A stretch of 64,000 nt of DNA from an uncultured Candidatus Saccharibacteria bacterium. Its GTDB lineage: Bacteria; Patescibacteriota; Minisyncoccia; CAIUEV01; JAHKAQ01. The stretch covers positions 156,199 through 220,198 of the forward strand of contig CAZRBB010000001.1 of the NCBI GenBank assembly GCA_964598205.1, read 5' to 3'. The notes beneath the pieces are model-generated. The model was not told the origin of the DNA. It ran no database searches and was given only the letters and a program-made list of their open reading frames with translations. The translations under genes and the position numbers were made by a program. Below are positions 47,414-56,961 of this stretch, piece after piece (positions within the stretch are counted from its first letter, which is position 1; every line of letters starts with the position of its first letter).

Positions 47414-48848
47414 TTTAAATAAATCAATGGATTCTGAGCTAATAATCGATTTTTCTAAAATAAAAAAAGTGCATCTTATTGGAATCAAAGGAGTGGCAAT
47501 GACTTCTTTGGCCGAAATATTAGCCGGTCACGGAATTAAAATTAGTGGTTCGGATACGGAAGAAATTTTTTTCACCGATGCCCTGCTTAAAAAGATTAAT
47601 GCACGACTCTTTGTGGGATTCAAGAAAGAAAATTTGTTGTCTGCCAATGCGGATTTAATTATTTATTCTACTGCTTATAATCCCAAGGCTAATCCAGAAC
47701 TAGCCGCCGCCTTAAAAAGTGAACCACCAGTTTTGAGCTATCCAGAAGCCTTGGGTCTTCTTTTTAATCAAAGCATTGGAGTGGCAGTTTCGGGAACGCA
47801 TGGCAAAACCACCACCACAGCCATGCTGGGGGAGATTCTTCAAAAGAACAAAAAAGAACCAACAGTTTTGGTGGGGAGTAAAATTATTAATTGGGATTCC
47901 GCTTCCTTGATTGGTAACGGTCCACACTTTATTGCCGAAGCAGATGAATACCAAAACAAGTTGCGATTTTTAAATCCCAAGGGAGCAATCACTACTAACA
48001 TTGATTTTGACCATCCCGACTTTTTTTTAAATCCAGAAGAATACCAAAAAGTTTTTCGGGATTTTTTTTGTCGTCTTCCCCGAAACGGATTTTTAGTTTT
48101 TAACGCCGATGATTCGGAAAGCCAAAGGGCAGTAAAAGGACTTGCAACTAAAATGATTTCTTTTGGTAAAAATCAAGCGGCTGATTTTCGATTAGAAAAA
48201 AGAGAAGTAGGTAACGCCGGGTTTCAAACGGTGTCGTTTACTTTTTCCGAGCATCTATTTTCTTTTAAACTTTTTCTAACTGGTGAACATAATGCTCTAA
48301 ACGCTTTGGCGGCGATTGCGGCGGCCCAAGAATTAGGAGTGTCAATAGAAGAATCATTGCTGGCATTAGAAGGTTTTTTAGGGAGTGAACGGCGATTCCA
48401 AAAAATGGGAGAGAAAGAAGGGGTGTTATTTTATGATGATTATGCGCATCATCCTGCAGAAATAGAAGCCACACTTTTAGGGGCGAAAGAATTTTTCCCC
48501 GGCAAAAAAATAATCGTTGCCTTTCATCCTCATACTTTTACCAGAACTAAAAGATTACTTCCGGAATTTGCGCTTGCGCTTACCATGGCCGACGAGTGTT
48601 TTATCTTGGATATTTACGCCTCAGCGAGAGAAGAAGCTGGAAAAATCAAAGTTCATGCTCGCGATTTAGTTTCCCTAATTAATAAAGAGGGAGGCCGCGC
48701 TTTTTACGCTCCTCAAATTAAAGACTTAACTAAGGCGGTGATAGATAAATTAAAACCCAATACTCTTTTTTTAACCATGGGCGCGGGTGATATTTGGAAG
48801 GCGCATGATCAGCTTTTAAAAAATAATCTTTTAACTTCTCCATGCTAA
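47394..48848 (+). CDS. murC: UDP-N-acetylmuramate--L-alanine ligase
   Basis: GIKGVAMTSLAEILAGHG and VSGTHGKTTTTAML Mur-ligase P-loop. Confidence 0.9.
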   Translation: MTKKLFNLNKSMDSELIIDFSKIKKVHLIGIKGVAMTSLAEILAGHGIKISGSDTEEIFFTDALLKKINARLFVGFKKENLLSANADLIIYSTAYNPKANPELAAALKSEPPVLSYPEALGLLFNQSIGVAVSGTHGKTTTTAMLGEILQKNKKEPTVLVGSKIINWDSASLIGNGPHFIAEADEYQNKLRFLNPKGAITTNIDFDHPDFFLNPEEYQKVFRDFFCRLPRNGFLVFNADDSESQRAVKGLATKMISFGKNQAADFRLEKREVGNAGFQTVSFTFSEHLFSFKLFLTGEHNALNALAAIAAAQELGVSIEESLLALEGFLGSERRFQKMGEKEGVLFYDDYAHHPAEIEATLLGAKEFFPGKKIIVAFHPHTFTRTKRLLPEFALALTMADECFILDIYASAREEAGKIKVHARDLVSLINKEGGRAFYAPQIKDLTKAVIDKLKPNTLFLTMGAGDIWKAHDQLLKNNLLTSPC

Positions 48849-49834
48849 CCATTAAAAAAGATTTTAACATCAATGGCCTAGGGTCTTTTAAAATTGGTGG
48901 CACGGCTGATTTTTACGCGGAGGTAGGCGCCAAAGAAGACTTAGAACCACTTTTTGCCGAAATCAAGAAAAGCAACAAGCCCTACTTTATTATTGGCGGG
49001 GCAACTAATGTTCTTTTCCCCACCAAGAACTATCCCGGTTGGATCGTAAAAATTAATCTTTGGAAACTAGAAGCTACTCCGCCAACTTACATAGCAGATG
49101 CCGGTATCCCCTTGGCAGTTCTGGTCCAAAAAACCAATCAAGATGGTTCTTCTGGGTTACAAAAGTTGGCTGGGATTCCCGGAACGCTTGGCGGGGCTAT
49201 TCGTGGCAATGCTGGGGCGTTTGGTGTTTCGATTGGAGAAAAAATTCAAAAAGTAGAGATTTTTCGCCCAGCTACCAGTACCTTTGAAACTTTTTCTTCT
49301 GGGGAATGTGCTTTTAGTTATCGCTCTAGTGTTTTTTCCCAAAAAAACGCTTTATCCCAAAACAATAATCTAGTAATTGTTTCGGCAGAAATTTTATTAG
49401 AAGAAGGAGACGCCACAGAACTAGAAAAAGAATCGGCCTTGATTTTGGATTCTAGGAAAAACCAACCTTACGCCAAGCATCCTTCCGTGGGAAGCGTTTT
49501 TAAAAATGTGGTAATTTCGGAAATAGAAAATAAGACGGCGCGTGAACGACTTTTATTTAATTACACAAAAGATAGAGAGAACAAAAACAAACCAACAGCT
49601 GGTTCTAAAAAAGATCCTCCACTATCCATTCCGGCCGGTTATTTAGTTGAAGAGGCAGGATTAAAAGGAAAAAGAATTGGTGGCGCGGAAGTTTCCCCGG
49701 AACACGGCAATATTATTGTAAACCTAGGCAACGCAACCGCCGAAGATGTGGTGATGTTGGTGGGCATAATCAAAACCAAGGTCAGAGATGATCTAGGTAT
49801 TCAGCTAAAAGAGGAAATGACTTATGTTGGCTAA
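48842..49834 (+). CDS. murB: UDP-N-acetylenolpyruvoylglucosamine reductase
   Basis: FAD-binding N-terminus (FKIGGTADFY, IIGGATNVLF) and a C-terminal MurB domain. Confidence 0.85.
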   Translation: MLTIKKDFNINGLGSFKIGGTADFYAEVGAKEDLEPLFAEIKKSNKPYFIIGGATNVLFPTKNYPGWIVKINLWKLEATPPTYIADAGIPLAVLVQKTNQDGSSGLQKLAGIPGTLGGAIRGNAGAFGVSIGEKIQKVEIFRPATSTFETFSSGECAFSYRSSVFSQKNALSQNNNLVIVSAEILLEEGDATELEKESALILDSRKNQPYAKHPSVGSVFKNVVISEIENKTARERLLFNYTKDRENKNKPTAGSKKDPPLSIPAGYLVEEAGLKGKRIGGAEVSPEHGNIIVNLGNATAEDVVMLVGIIKTKVRDDLGIQLKEEMTYVG

Positions 49835-49943
49835 TTTTGACTTTTACTTGTTCCCCGTTATGATGAAATTTGAGGTGTCAGTTATTATTTGCTAACAACG
49901 GCACAAGATTTTTAAATTTTTAAATAAATAATAAATATTTTTT

Positions 49944-51200
49944 ATGCTTTTTTCTAAATCTTTTTCCAAAACTAAAAAAGAAATAGGCAAGGAAGAGACC
50001 AGTCTTAACGCCCAGCTCTTACTGCGAGGTGGTTTTGCATCCAAGCTAATGGCAGGGGTTTATCATTTGCTACCGTTAGGATGGCGAGTAACAAGAAAGC
50101 TAGAGCAAATTATTAGAGAAGAAATGGACGCCATTGGCGGACAAGAAATGTTTATGCCGGCTTTGCAACCCGAAGAAAATTGGAAAAAAACCGGCCGTCG
50201 AGAATCAATTGGCGACGGGCTTTTTCTGTCTCAATCCCAAAGCGGTAAAGGTTTAGTTTTAGGGCCAACGCACGAAGAAGTGCTAGCGCCTTTGGCGGTG
50301 AACATAATTAATTCCTATAAAGATTTACCTTTTTCTGTTTATCAGTTTCAAAATAAATTCAGAAACGAAAAACGCGCCAAATCGGGATTATTACGCGGTC
50401 GGGAGTTTATTATGAAAGATCTTTATTCTTTTCATGCCGACGAAAAAGATCTAGATGCTTTTTATGAATTAGCCAAGGCGGCGTACCAAAGAGTCTTTGA
50501 GCGGTGCGGTATTTGGGACAAAACTTACCTAACTTACGCTTCTGGCGGTACCTTTGCCAAATATTCACACGAATTCCAAACCCTAACCGAATCTGGAGAA
50601 GACCTAATTTACATTTGCGACAATTGCCGAATAGCGGTGAATAAGGAAATAATCGCTGATCAAAAAAACGCTTGCCCAGAATGCGGAAACAAAAAGCTTA
50701 GAAAAGAAAAGGCGGTAGAAGTAGGCAATATTTTTAAACTGCGCACCAAATTTTCTGAACCGTTTAATCTTTTTTACTTAAACGAAAAAGGAGAAAAGTG
50801 TTTAGTAGAAATGGGTTGTTACGGCATTGGCTTGCAACGCTTAATGGGCATTATTTCCGAAATAAGCCACGATGAAAAAGGAATTATTTGGCCCCAAACA
50901 GTAGCGCCATTTAAGATTCATTTGGTGGGGCTAGATTTAGACAATCCAGAAATAGCCAAGCAGGCAGATGACTTATATCAATCGTTCCAAAAGGCTAGAA
51001 TAGAAGTATTGTACGATGATCGCCCAGACAAACAGGCAGGGGAAAAGTTTGCCGATGCCGATTTAATTGGGATTCCGTATCGGGTAGTGGTTAGCAAAAG
51101 GACAATGGCCAAGGACGGTTTTGAATTAAAGAAAAGGGAAGAAGCGGGTGATAAGGCTCAAATACAAAGCAAAGAACAATTGCTTAAGATATTGGGCTAA
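49944..51200 (+). CDS. proS: Prolyl-tRNA synthetase (short form lacking editing domain)
   Basis: Class II aaRS motifs and a ProRS-type N-terminus (LLLRGGFASKLMAGVYHLLPLGWRV). 418 aa. Confidence 0.85.
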   Translation: MLFSKSFSKTKKEIGKEETSLNAQLLLRGGFASKLMAGVYHLLPLGWRVTRKLEQIIREEMDAIGGQEMFMPALQPEENWKKTGRRESIGDGLFLSQSQSGKGLVLGPTHEEVLAPLAVNIINSYKDLPFSVYQFQNKFRNEKRAKSGLLRGREFIMKDLYSFHADEKDLDAFYELAKAAYQRVFERCGIWDKTYLTYASGGTFAKYSHEFQTLTESGEDLIYICDNCRIAVNKEIIADQKNACPECGNKKLRKEKAVEVGNIFKLRTKFSEPFNLFYLNEKGEKCLVEMGCYGIGLQRLMGIISEISHDEKGIIWPQTVAPFKIHLVGLDLDNPEIAKQADDLYQSFQKARIEVLYDDRPDKQAGEKFADADLIGIPYRVVVSKRTMAKDGFELKKREEAGDKAQIQSKEQLLKILG

Positions 51201-51233
51201 AACAAAAACAAAATCGCTAAATAATCGGTTTGT

Positions 51234-52298
51234 TTGTTTTTTATGTTGGATAAAATTTTTGGCCATTTTTCTCACGACATTGGCATTGACCTTGGTACGG
51301 CCAATACTTTGGTTTATGTTAAAGGCAAGGGGATTGTGATTAACGAACCTTCTGTAGTAGCGATTAACACTAAGACCAATCAAATTTTGGCAATTGGGAG
51401 TGAAGCCAAAAAAATGGTGGGCAAAACTCCCGGTCATATTATGGCCAAGCGACCATTAGCCGACGGCGTAATTTCTGACTTTGAAGTGACCGAGCAAATG
51501 CTGAAATATTTTATTAACAAAGTCCACAAGGAAAGTTTTACCCTTTTGCCTAGACCACGAGTAATTGTGGGGATCCCTTCTGGTGTAACCGATGTAGAAA
51601 GGCGCGCGGTGCAAGAGGCAGCCAAAAATGCTGGTGCTCGCGAAGCCTTTTTAATAGATGAACCAATGGCAGCGGCGATTGGCGCGCGACTACCGGTTCA
51701 GGAAGCGGCCGGCAATATGATTGTAGACATTGGTGGAGGCACTACGGAAATTGCGGTAATTTCTTTGGGTGGCGTGGTGGTTTCTCGGAGCTTGCGAGTG
51801 GCCGGAGACGAATTAAACGAAGATATTGTACGCTACGCTAGAGAAAGATTTAATTTACTTTTAGGAGAAAAAACGGCCGAAGATGTAAAGATTGCTATTG
51901 GTTCGGCCTACGAAATGCCCGAAGAAGTAGAAATGATTATCCGTGGTCGGGATTTGGTAACGGGGCTTCCCAAAGAAGTAATGATTACCGATGTCCATAT
52001 CCGCGAAGCCATGAGTCGTTCGGTGCGCATTTTAGTTTCCAATGTTAAGGCCATGATTGAAGAAACTCCACCCGAACTGGTTGCCGAAATTATGCAAAGA
52101 GGTATTATCTTGGCAGGCGGTGGAGGATTGTTGCGCGGTTTGGATCGCTTGATTTCCGAGCAGGTAGAAACACCAGTTAAAGTAATGGAAGATCCATTAA
52201 CAGCGGTGGTGCGGGGAGTAGGAATTGTGCTAGAAGATTTAGACAACCTTAGGAGCGTTTTAATAGAAGGTGAAAACGAAAAAGCGCCTAAGTGGTAG
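51234..52298 (+). CDS. mreB: Rod-shape determining actin homologue MreB
   Basis: IGIDLGTANTLVYVKGKGIVINEPSVVA phosphate-1 motif. 354 aa. True start may be the internal ATG at 51243. Confidence 0.9.
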   Translation: MFFMLDKIFGHFSHDIGIDLGTANTLVYVKGKGIVINEPSVVAINTKTNQILAIGSEAKKMVGKTPGHIMAKRPLADGVISDFEVTEQMLKYFINKVHKESFTLLPRPRVIVGIPSGVTDVERRAVQEAAKNAGAREAFLIDEPMAAAIGARLPVQEAAGNMIVDIGGGTTEIAVISLGGVVVSRSLRVAGDELNEDIVRYARERFNLLLGEKTAEDVKIAIGSAYEMPEEVEMIIRGRDLVTGLPKEVMITDVHIREAMSRSVRILVSNVKAMIEETPPELVAEIMQRGIILAGGGGLLRGLDRLISEQVETPVKVMEDPLTAVVRGVGIVLEDLDNLRSVLIEGENEKAPKW

Positions 52299-52319
52299 AA
52301 TAGAGTAAAAATAATTTTT

Positions 52320-52392
52320 GTCCCGGTAGCTCAGTGGATAGAGCAACAGCCTTCTAAGCTGTGGGCCGCAGGTTCAAGTCCTGCCCGGGACG
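52320..52392 (+). tRNA. tRNA-Arg (anticodon TCT)
   Basis: GTCCCGG-TA-GCTC-AGTGGATA-GAGC-A-ACAGC-CTTCTAA-GCTGT-GGGCC-GCAGG-TTCAAGT-CCTGC-CCGGGAC-G. Confidence 0.85.
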
Positions 52393-52396
52393 CAAG

Positions 52397-52433
52397 TAAA
52401 AAAAGAATGACCAATTTGGTCATTCTTTTTTTA
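52397..52433 (+). terminator. Rho-independent terminator after tRNA-Arg
   Basis: aagaatgacc-aattt-ggtcattctt hairpin flanked by A-run and T-run (bidirectional-looking). Confidence 0.7.
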
Positions 52434-52444
52434 CTTTTGACTAG

Positions 52445-52720
52445 CGCAGGACTTGAACACGAAGGGGGTCGGGGAAACTGTAGTTTCCCCGTTGGGGGTG
52501 ACAGCGAGTCCCGTTGAAAACGGGACGAGCGCCAGAGGGCGGAAGCCCTATGGAGAGCGAGCAAAGCGAGCGAGTGAAAGTCCTGCCATTAATATCTTGA
52601 ACGGGGATGGGGTCGGGAAACCGGGAGGTTTCCCGTGGCGGAGGAATCGGAACCGATGGGTTCCGAAGCGGAGCGAACCGCAGCGGAGCGGAGGTGAGTG
52701 AGCAGTGAAATTCCTGCCCG
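52445..52720 (+). ncRNA. GC-rich structured tandem element (two ~135-nt units), candidate structured RNA or tRNA-derived repeat; identity unknown
   Basis: Both units run from 'cttgaac' to 'gtgaaa(g/t)tcctgcc'. Each carries two strong hairpins at equivalent positions with different sequences (ggggaaactgtagtttcccc vs gggaaaccgggaggtttccc; cccgttgaaaacggg vs ggaaccgatgggttcc). All six reading frames are open, which is typical of non-coding GC-rich DNA. Confidence 0.4.
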
Positions 52721-52893
52721 AGGATATTCAAAATATTTAATATACTATAAAAATCTTCGAATCAATCATTGAATAATTTGTTATTGATCTTTTACAAAAT
52801 AAAGACCGCCAGTATTTGCCACTGGAAAGCAATGAATCATAAAGTTCCTAGTACACTAGGAACTAGGAACTTTTTTTGTTATGATATAAGCAC

Positions 52894-53887
52894 TATGAAA
52901 ACATCTAAGAAAATACTTGAATATATAGCGAAGAATGGTCACGCAAGCGGAAAGGAGCTTGTTGATAGTCTTGGTGATATTACCCCGAGAGCCGTGCGTA
53001 AGCAGTTAAAAAATCTTTTAGATGCTGGCGAGCTAAAAAAGATTGGGCGTCCGCCAAAGGTTTTCTATTCTTTAGTTCCCAAGATAGTAATGAGCACGCT
53101 TACGCTCCGAAGAGATTTTTTAAATGTGGATTTGAAAACACGCAATAGTATTGATAGTCAATATCTCTACATTACGCCTGCCGGTGAGATGAAGCTAGGC
53201 TGGGATGGATTTGTGGCATGGTGCGAAAAGACGAAACAGAATCCGGAAAAGACAGCGAAGGAATACTTATCAACTCTTCGGAAGTGTGATGTTTTTTTTA
53301 GAAATGGACTGATTGATGGGATGGGAAAAATCCAAAGCACATTCAAAGATGTATACCTTGACCAACTTTTCTATCTTGATTTTTATAGTATTGAGCGATT
53401 TGGAAAGACAAAAATCGGTCAGTTGCTTTTGCATGCCAAAAACAGTCAGGATCGGAAACTGATGAAACCATTGATTGATGATATCCGACCAAGGGTTGTG
53501 GCGTTGATAAAAAAGTATTCAATCGAAGGCGTTTTGTTTGTTCCTCCAACCGTGAGGCGTGAAATTCAGATTATGAAAGAAATCGAAAGAAACCTAAAAC
53601 TTCCCATAAGCACACTTGTTGTTGCAAAAGTGAAAACACAAATTGCAGTTGCGCAGAAAACGCTTTTAAAACTTGAGGATCGAATAGAAAATGCAAAGAA
53701 AACGATTGTTGTTGAGGATACTAGGACGTATGGCAATATTCTTCTAATAGATGATGCTGTTGGATCAGGATCGACTCTAAACGAGACCGCCGCTCAGATT
53801 CGAAAAAAGGGTTTGTGTCGTGGGAAGATTATTGGATTAGCGATTGTGGGAAGTTTCAAAGGATTTGATGTTATTAGTGAGATATAA
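52894..53887 (+). CDS. Winged-helix DNA-binding domain fused to a C-terminal type I phosphoribosyltransferase (PRTase) domain
   Basis: N-terminus KKILEYIAKNGHASGKELVDSLGDITPRAVRKQLKNLLDAGELKKIGRPPKVFYSL (wHTH). C-terminus VVEDTRTYGNILLIDDAVGSGSTLNETAAQI (PRPP-binding loop). Start set at ATG 52894, preceded by tatgatataa. Confidence 0.6.
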
Positions 53888-53950
53888 CCAAAATCTCTGA
53901 TCGCAATTATGCTATCTTATAATTAATTTTTAGAGTGCTAATCCTCACTA

Positions 53951-55069
53951 ATGTATTACAAAAACCATTTAGCCGAATCTAATCTAAAGAATACATTACA
54001 AGAAGAACTAGCAAAAAAAGACAAAGAACTAGCTGAGTTAAAAGCTGAAAAAGATCGTAATTTTGCAGAGCAATTAGCAAAAAAGGAATCCGAGATTGCT
54101 GAAATGAAATCAAAAATCACCAATGCTGAAACGGAGAAAAAATTAGCTGTCACACAAGCAGTCAATTCCGTAGAAAAAGAAAGGGATGATTTTAAAATCA
54201 AACTGCAAAGCAAAGAACATGAAATGCAACTCTGTGAAGTTTCATTAAAAGACAAATATGAAAATGAATTGAAATTAAAGGACGAAATGATTGAACGATA
54301 CAAAGACATGAAATTAAAACTCAGCACGAAAATGATCGGTGAGACACTTGAGCAACACTGTGAAACTGAGTTTAACAAAATTCGTGCCACGGCTTTTCCA
54401 AAAGCCTATTTTGAAAAAGATAATGATCCCAAAACTGGCAGCAAGGGTGATTTTATCTATCGCGAAACTGATGAAGACAAAAACGAAATCATTTCTATAA
54501 TGTTTGAAATGAAAAATGAAAGTGATGAAACCGCCACTAAAAAAAGAAATGAAGATTTTTTGCACGAGCTTGATAAGGACCGTACCGAGAAAAAATGCGA
54601 GTATGCTGTTCTTGTTACGTTCTTGGAAGCCGAAAATGAATTATATAACACCAGCATTGTTGATGTCTCTCATAAATACCCCAAAATGTATGTAGTTCGA
54701 CCACAATTTTTTATCCTAATCATTACACTACTCCGCAACGCAGCCATGAATTCTCTAAAATACAAAGCCGAACTGGCATTGATGCGAACACAGAATATTG
54801 ATGTTACTACTTTTGAAGGCCAATTAAATGATTTTCGCGAATCATTTGGCAGAAATTTCAGATTGGCATCCGAAAAGTTTAAAAACGCCATTGGTAGTAT
54901 TGATAAATCGATTGAGCAACTTCAAAAGACCAAAGAGAGTCTTTTGCGATCTGAAGATAATCTGCGCCTGGCTAATAATAAAGCTGATGATTTGACAATA
55001 AAGAAGTTGACACGTGGGAATTCTACGATGAAGGCAAAGTTCGAAGAGCTTCCCGATAAAAAGGAGTAA
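53951..55069 (+). CDS. DUF2130-family protein (coiled-coil N-terminus plus predicted PD-(D/E)xK-like C-terminal core)
   Basis: [62 protein letters not shown]...EYAVLVTF matches the DUF2130 conserved block as I recall it. The D...E.K spacing is suggestive of a nuclease fold. Confidence 0.6.
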   Translation: MYYKNHLAESNLKNTLQEELAKKDKELAELKAEKDRNFAEQLAKKESEIAEMKSKITNAETEKKLAVTQAVNSVEKERDDFKIKLQSKEHEMQLCEVSLKDKYENELKLKDEMIERYKDMKLKLSTKMIGETLEQHCETEFNKIRATAFPKAYFEKDNDPKTGSKGDFIYRETDEDKNEIISIMFEMKNESDETATKKRNEDFLHELDKDRTEKKCEYAVLVTFLEAENELYNTSIVDVSHKYPKMYVVRPQFFILIITLLRNAAMNSLKYKAELALMRTQNIDVTTFEGQLNDFRESFGRNFRLASEKFKNAIGSIDKSIEQLQKTKESLLRSEDNLRLANNKADDLTIKKLTRGNSTMKAKFEELPDKKE

Positions 55070-55306
55070 GCCACTTGAACTCGGAACATAATTCACCCCT
55101 AACCATCCTCCCATCTCTCCAAACCCCAAAATAAATTTAATTTAGACGCTTGCCCACCATAGCTTTAGCGAAGGAGGGATAGCTCGTCAAAAAAAAGAAT
55201 ATCTCCGTTAATTCCATAATGAGTCTTATTATGGAATTAACATTTCCAATATTGGAATCATAATATCTACTTCAAACCTTCCCATCTTTTGACCTAATCT
55301 CTCCAA

Positions 55307-55489
55307 ATGCTAACCAAAATTTTAAAAAAATTAACTCTAAGGAAAGAACAGAAAGAATCTCCCCGCAAATCTTTTTTAGAGATGCCCATAAGAGACCAAA
55401 GGAAAATCATCAAAAAAGCGGTAGAAGAATCCAACAAGGAACAACGCAAACTCGTAGAAAGATACGAAAATAAATTTGGCCACGCTTAG
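55307..55489 (+). CDS. Hypothetical small basic protein (possible regulator of the downstream Fic gene)
   Basis: 60-aa K/R/E-rich ORF with no motif. Confidence 0.2.
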   Translation: MLTKILKKLTLRKEQKESPRKSFLEMPIRDQRKIIKKAVEESNKEQRKLVERYENKFGHA

Positions 55490-55564
55490 GGAAAAAGTTG
55501 CAAAGCACAGAGCTAGGGGAGTAGAAAAGAGATTTCAATGCTATGCACAAGCAGTGTGCAGACA

Positions 55565-55594
55565 TTGACAAATATGCACAAAAAACAGTAAAAT
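55565..55594 (+). promoter_or_regulatory. Sigma70-like promoter (TTGACA-18-TAAAAT) with overlapping TGCACA/TGTGCA palindromes upstream of the Fic gene
   Basis: ttgacaaatatgcacaaaaaacagtaaaat, with inverted repeats gcacaagcagtgtgc and atgcacaaa...tttgtgcat around it. Confidence 0.5.
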
Positions 55595-55625
55595 TTGTGC
55601 ATAACAAAAATAATCCAAAAACACT

Positions 55626-56714
55626 GTGTTTAATCGCAATATTCCCCACAATCAACTGCCATTACTTCCACCCGATTTTAATTTCAACGATGTGGATCTT
55701 TTAAAGTTGGTGAACAAAGCCAATAACTCTTTGTTCGAACTAAAAGGAATGGCTAATGTTTTGCCCAACAGCGGAATTTTAGTTTCCCCATTGACGATTC
55801 GTGAAGCGGTTGCCAGTAGTGGAATTGAAAATATTAACACAACTGTGGCGGAAGCCCTTAAAGCAGATGTTATTTATGAAAAGTCAGAACTCTCCGGAGC
55901 CGAAAAAGAAATCCTAAGGTATCGGGACGCTCTTCGTGAGGGATATAAAATGCTTAAGAAGAATGAGTTTTTAAACACGAATAGTTTTGTTGAAATTCAA
56001 TCAGTATTGGAGCCGAATAAAAAAGGTATTAGGAAAATTCCCGGAGTTGCAATTAGGAATTCAAAAACCGGCGAAGCCATTTATACCCCGCCGGAAGGAC
56101 ACGATGTTATATTAAAAAAACTCAAAAATTTTGAAGATTATTTTAATGATCAAAAAAACTTTGATGACATTGATCCACTAGTACGCATGGCGGTGATGCA
56201 TTATCAATTTGAGTCCATTCATCCATTTTTAGATGGTAATGGAAGAACTGGTAGAATAATTATGATTCTCTATTTGGTGCTAACAAAGCGTTTGGAATTG
56301 CCAATTTTATTCTTAAGCAAATATATCCTAGAAAACCGAGATGAATATTATAAAAAACTACGCGGAGTTACGGAAAACAAAGAATGGCTAAATTGGGTTT
56401 TTTATATCCTTCGGGGTATTGATATGCAAGCGCAGGAAACAAGAAAAAATATTTCACAGATCAAAAAATTAATGGAAGAATACAAAGAAATTTCTCTAAA
56501 AGAGGGCGTTCATATGACATCTCGCATGCTGGATTATCTTTTTTCAAATCCGTTTTATTCGCAAAAAAAGATGGCGGAGAGTCTCAGTATCCATAGGAAT
56601 ACTGCTGCAAAATATTTTCAAGAGCTAGAAAAATCAAAAATTGTACAGAAATTCAAGCACAAGCAAGGGTATATTTATTATAATCAAGCATTTCTTAATA
56701 TCATGAGCTATTAG
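55626..56714 (+). CDS. fic: Fic-family protein (class II: N-terminal inhibitory motif plus Fic core), C-terminal wHTH
   Basis: HPFLDGNGRTGR Fic active-site motif. N-terminal SSGIEN fits the (S/T)xxxE(G/N) auto-inhibition motif. Confidence 0.85.
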   Translation: MFNRNIPHNQLPLLPPDFNFNDVDLLKLVNKANNSLFELKGMANVLPNSGILVSPLTIREAVASSGIENINTTVAEALKADVIYEKSELSGAEKEILRYRDALREGYKMLKKNEFLNTNSFVEIQSVLEPNKKGIRKIPGVAIRNSKTGEAIYTPPEGHDVILKKLKNFEDYFNDQKNFDDIDPLVRMAVMHYQFESIHPFLDGNGRTGRIIMILYLVLTKRLELPILFLSKYILENRDEYYKKLRGVTENKEWLNWVFYILRGIDMQAQETRKNISQIKKLMEEYKEISLKEGVHMTSRMLDYLFSNPFYSQKKMAESLSIHRNTAAKYFQELEKSKIVQKFKHKQGYIYYNQAFLNIMSY

Positions 56715-56961
56715 AGTTTTCGATGTAACTTTAAGAATGAATTCTTAAAAATTGTTTTTGGTATAAATAAAACATTCAATCTTGAAAGGGAAAGAGGTGT
56801 GCGATTCCCCAAAGCCATCTTAACTTGGCTGGGGTAAAGTATGCTGTGCAAACCCTCTCAAAACCCCTTATAATTCGGTACAATTACCGTATTAAGTTCA
56901 GACAAACCCTTATTTTGGGATGCTGATCCCGCCAAAATTAATCTCAATAAGAACAATCAAA

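Noticed and set aside
52445-52720. RNase P RNA / tmRNA / SRP RNA assignment for the GC-rich tandem units
   Set aside because: A GAAAGTCC word and a CCCTATGGAG word are present but on arrangements inconsistent with the RNase P P4 context. The unit is duplicated in tandem, and no tmRNA tag-frame or SRP domain IV motif could be matched by eye. Left as unknown pending a covariance-model search.
52331-52731. Several overlapping ORFs on both strands (52331..52564-, 52441..52731-, 52453..52701+)
   Set aside because: The region is GC-rich and hairpin-dense with every frame open. That is typical of non-coding structured DNA/RNA. One ORF overlaps the tRNA.
53956-55129. Minus-strand ORFs overlapping the DUF2130 gene
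   Set aside because: Antisense low-complexity frames (S/F-rich) of a K/E-rich coiled-coil coding region.
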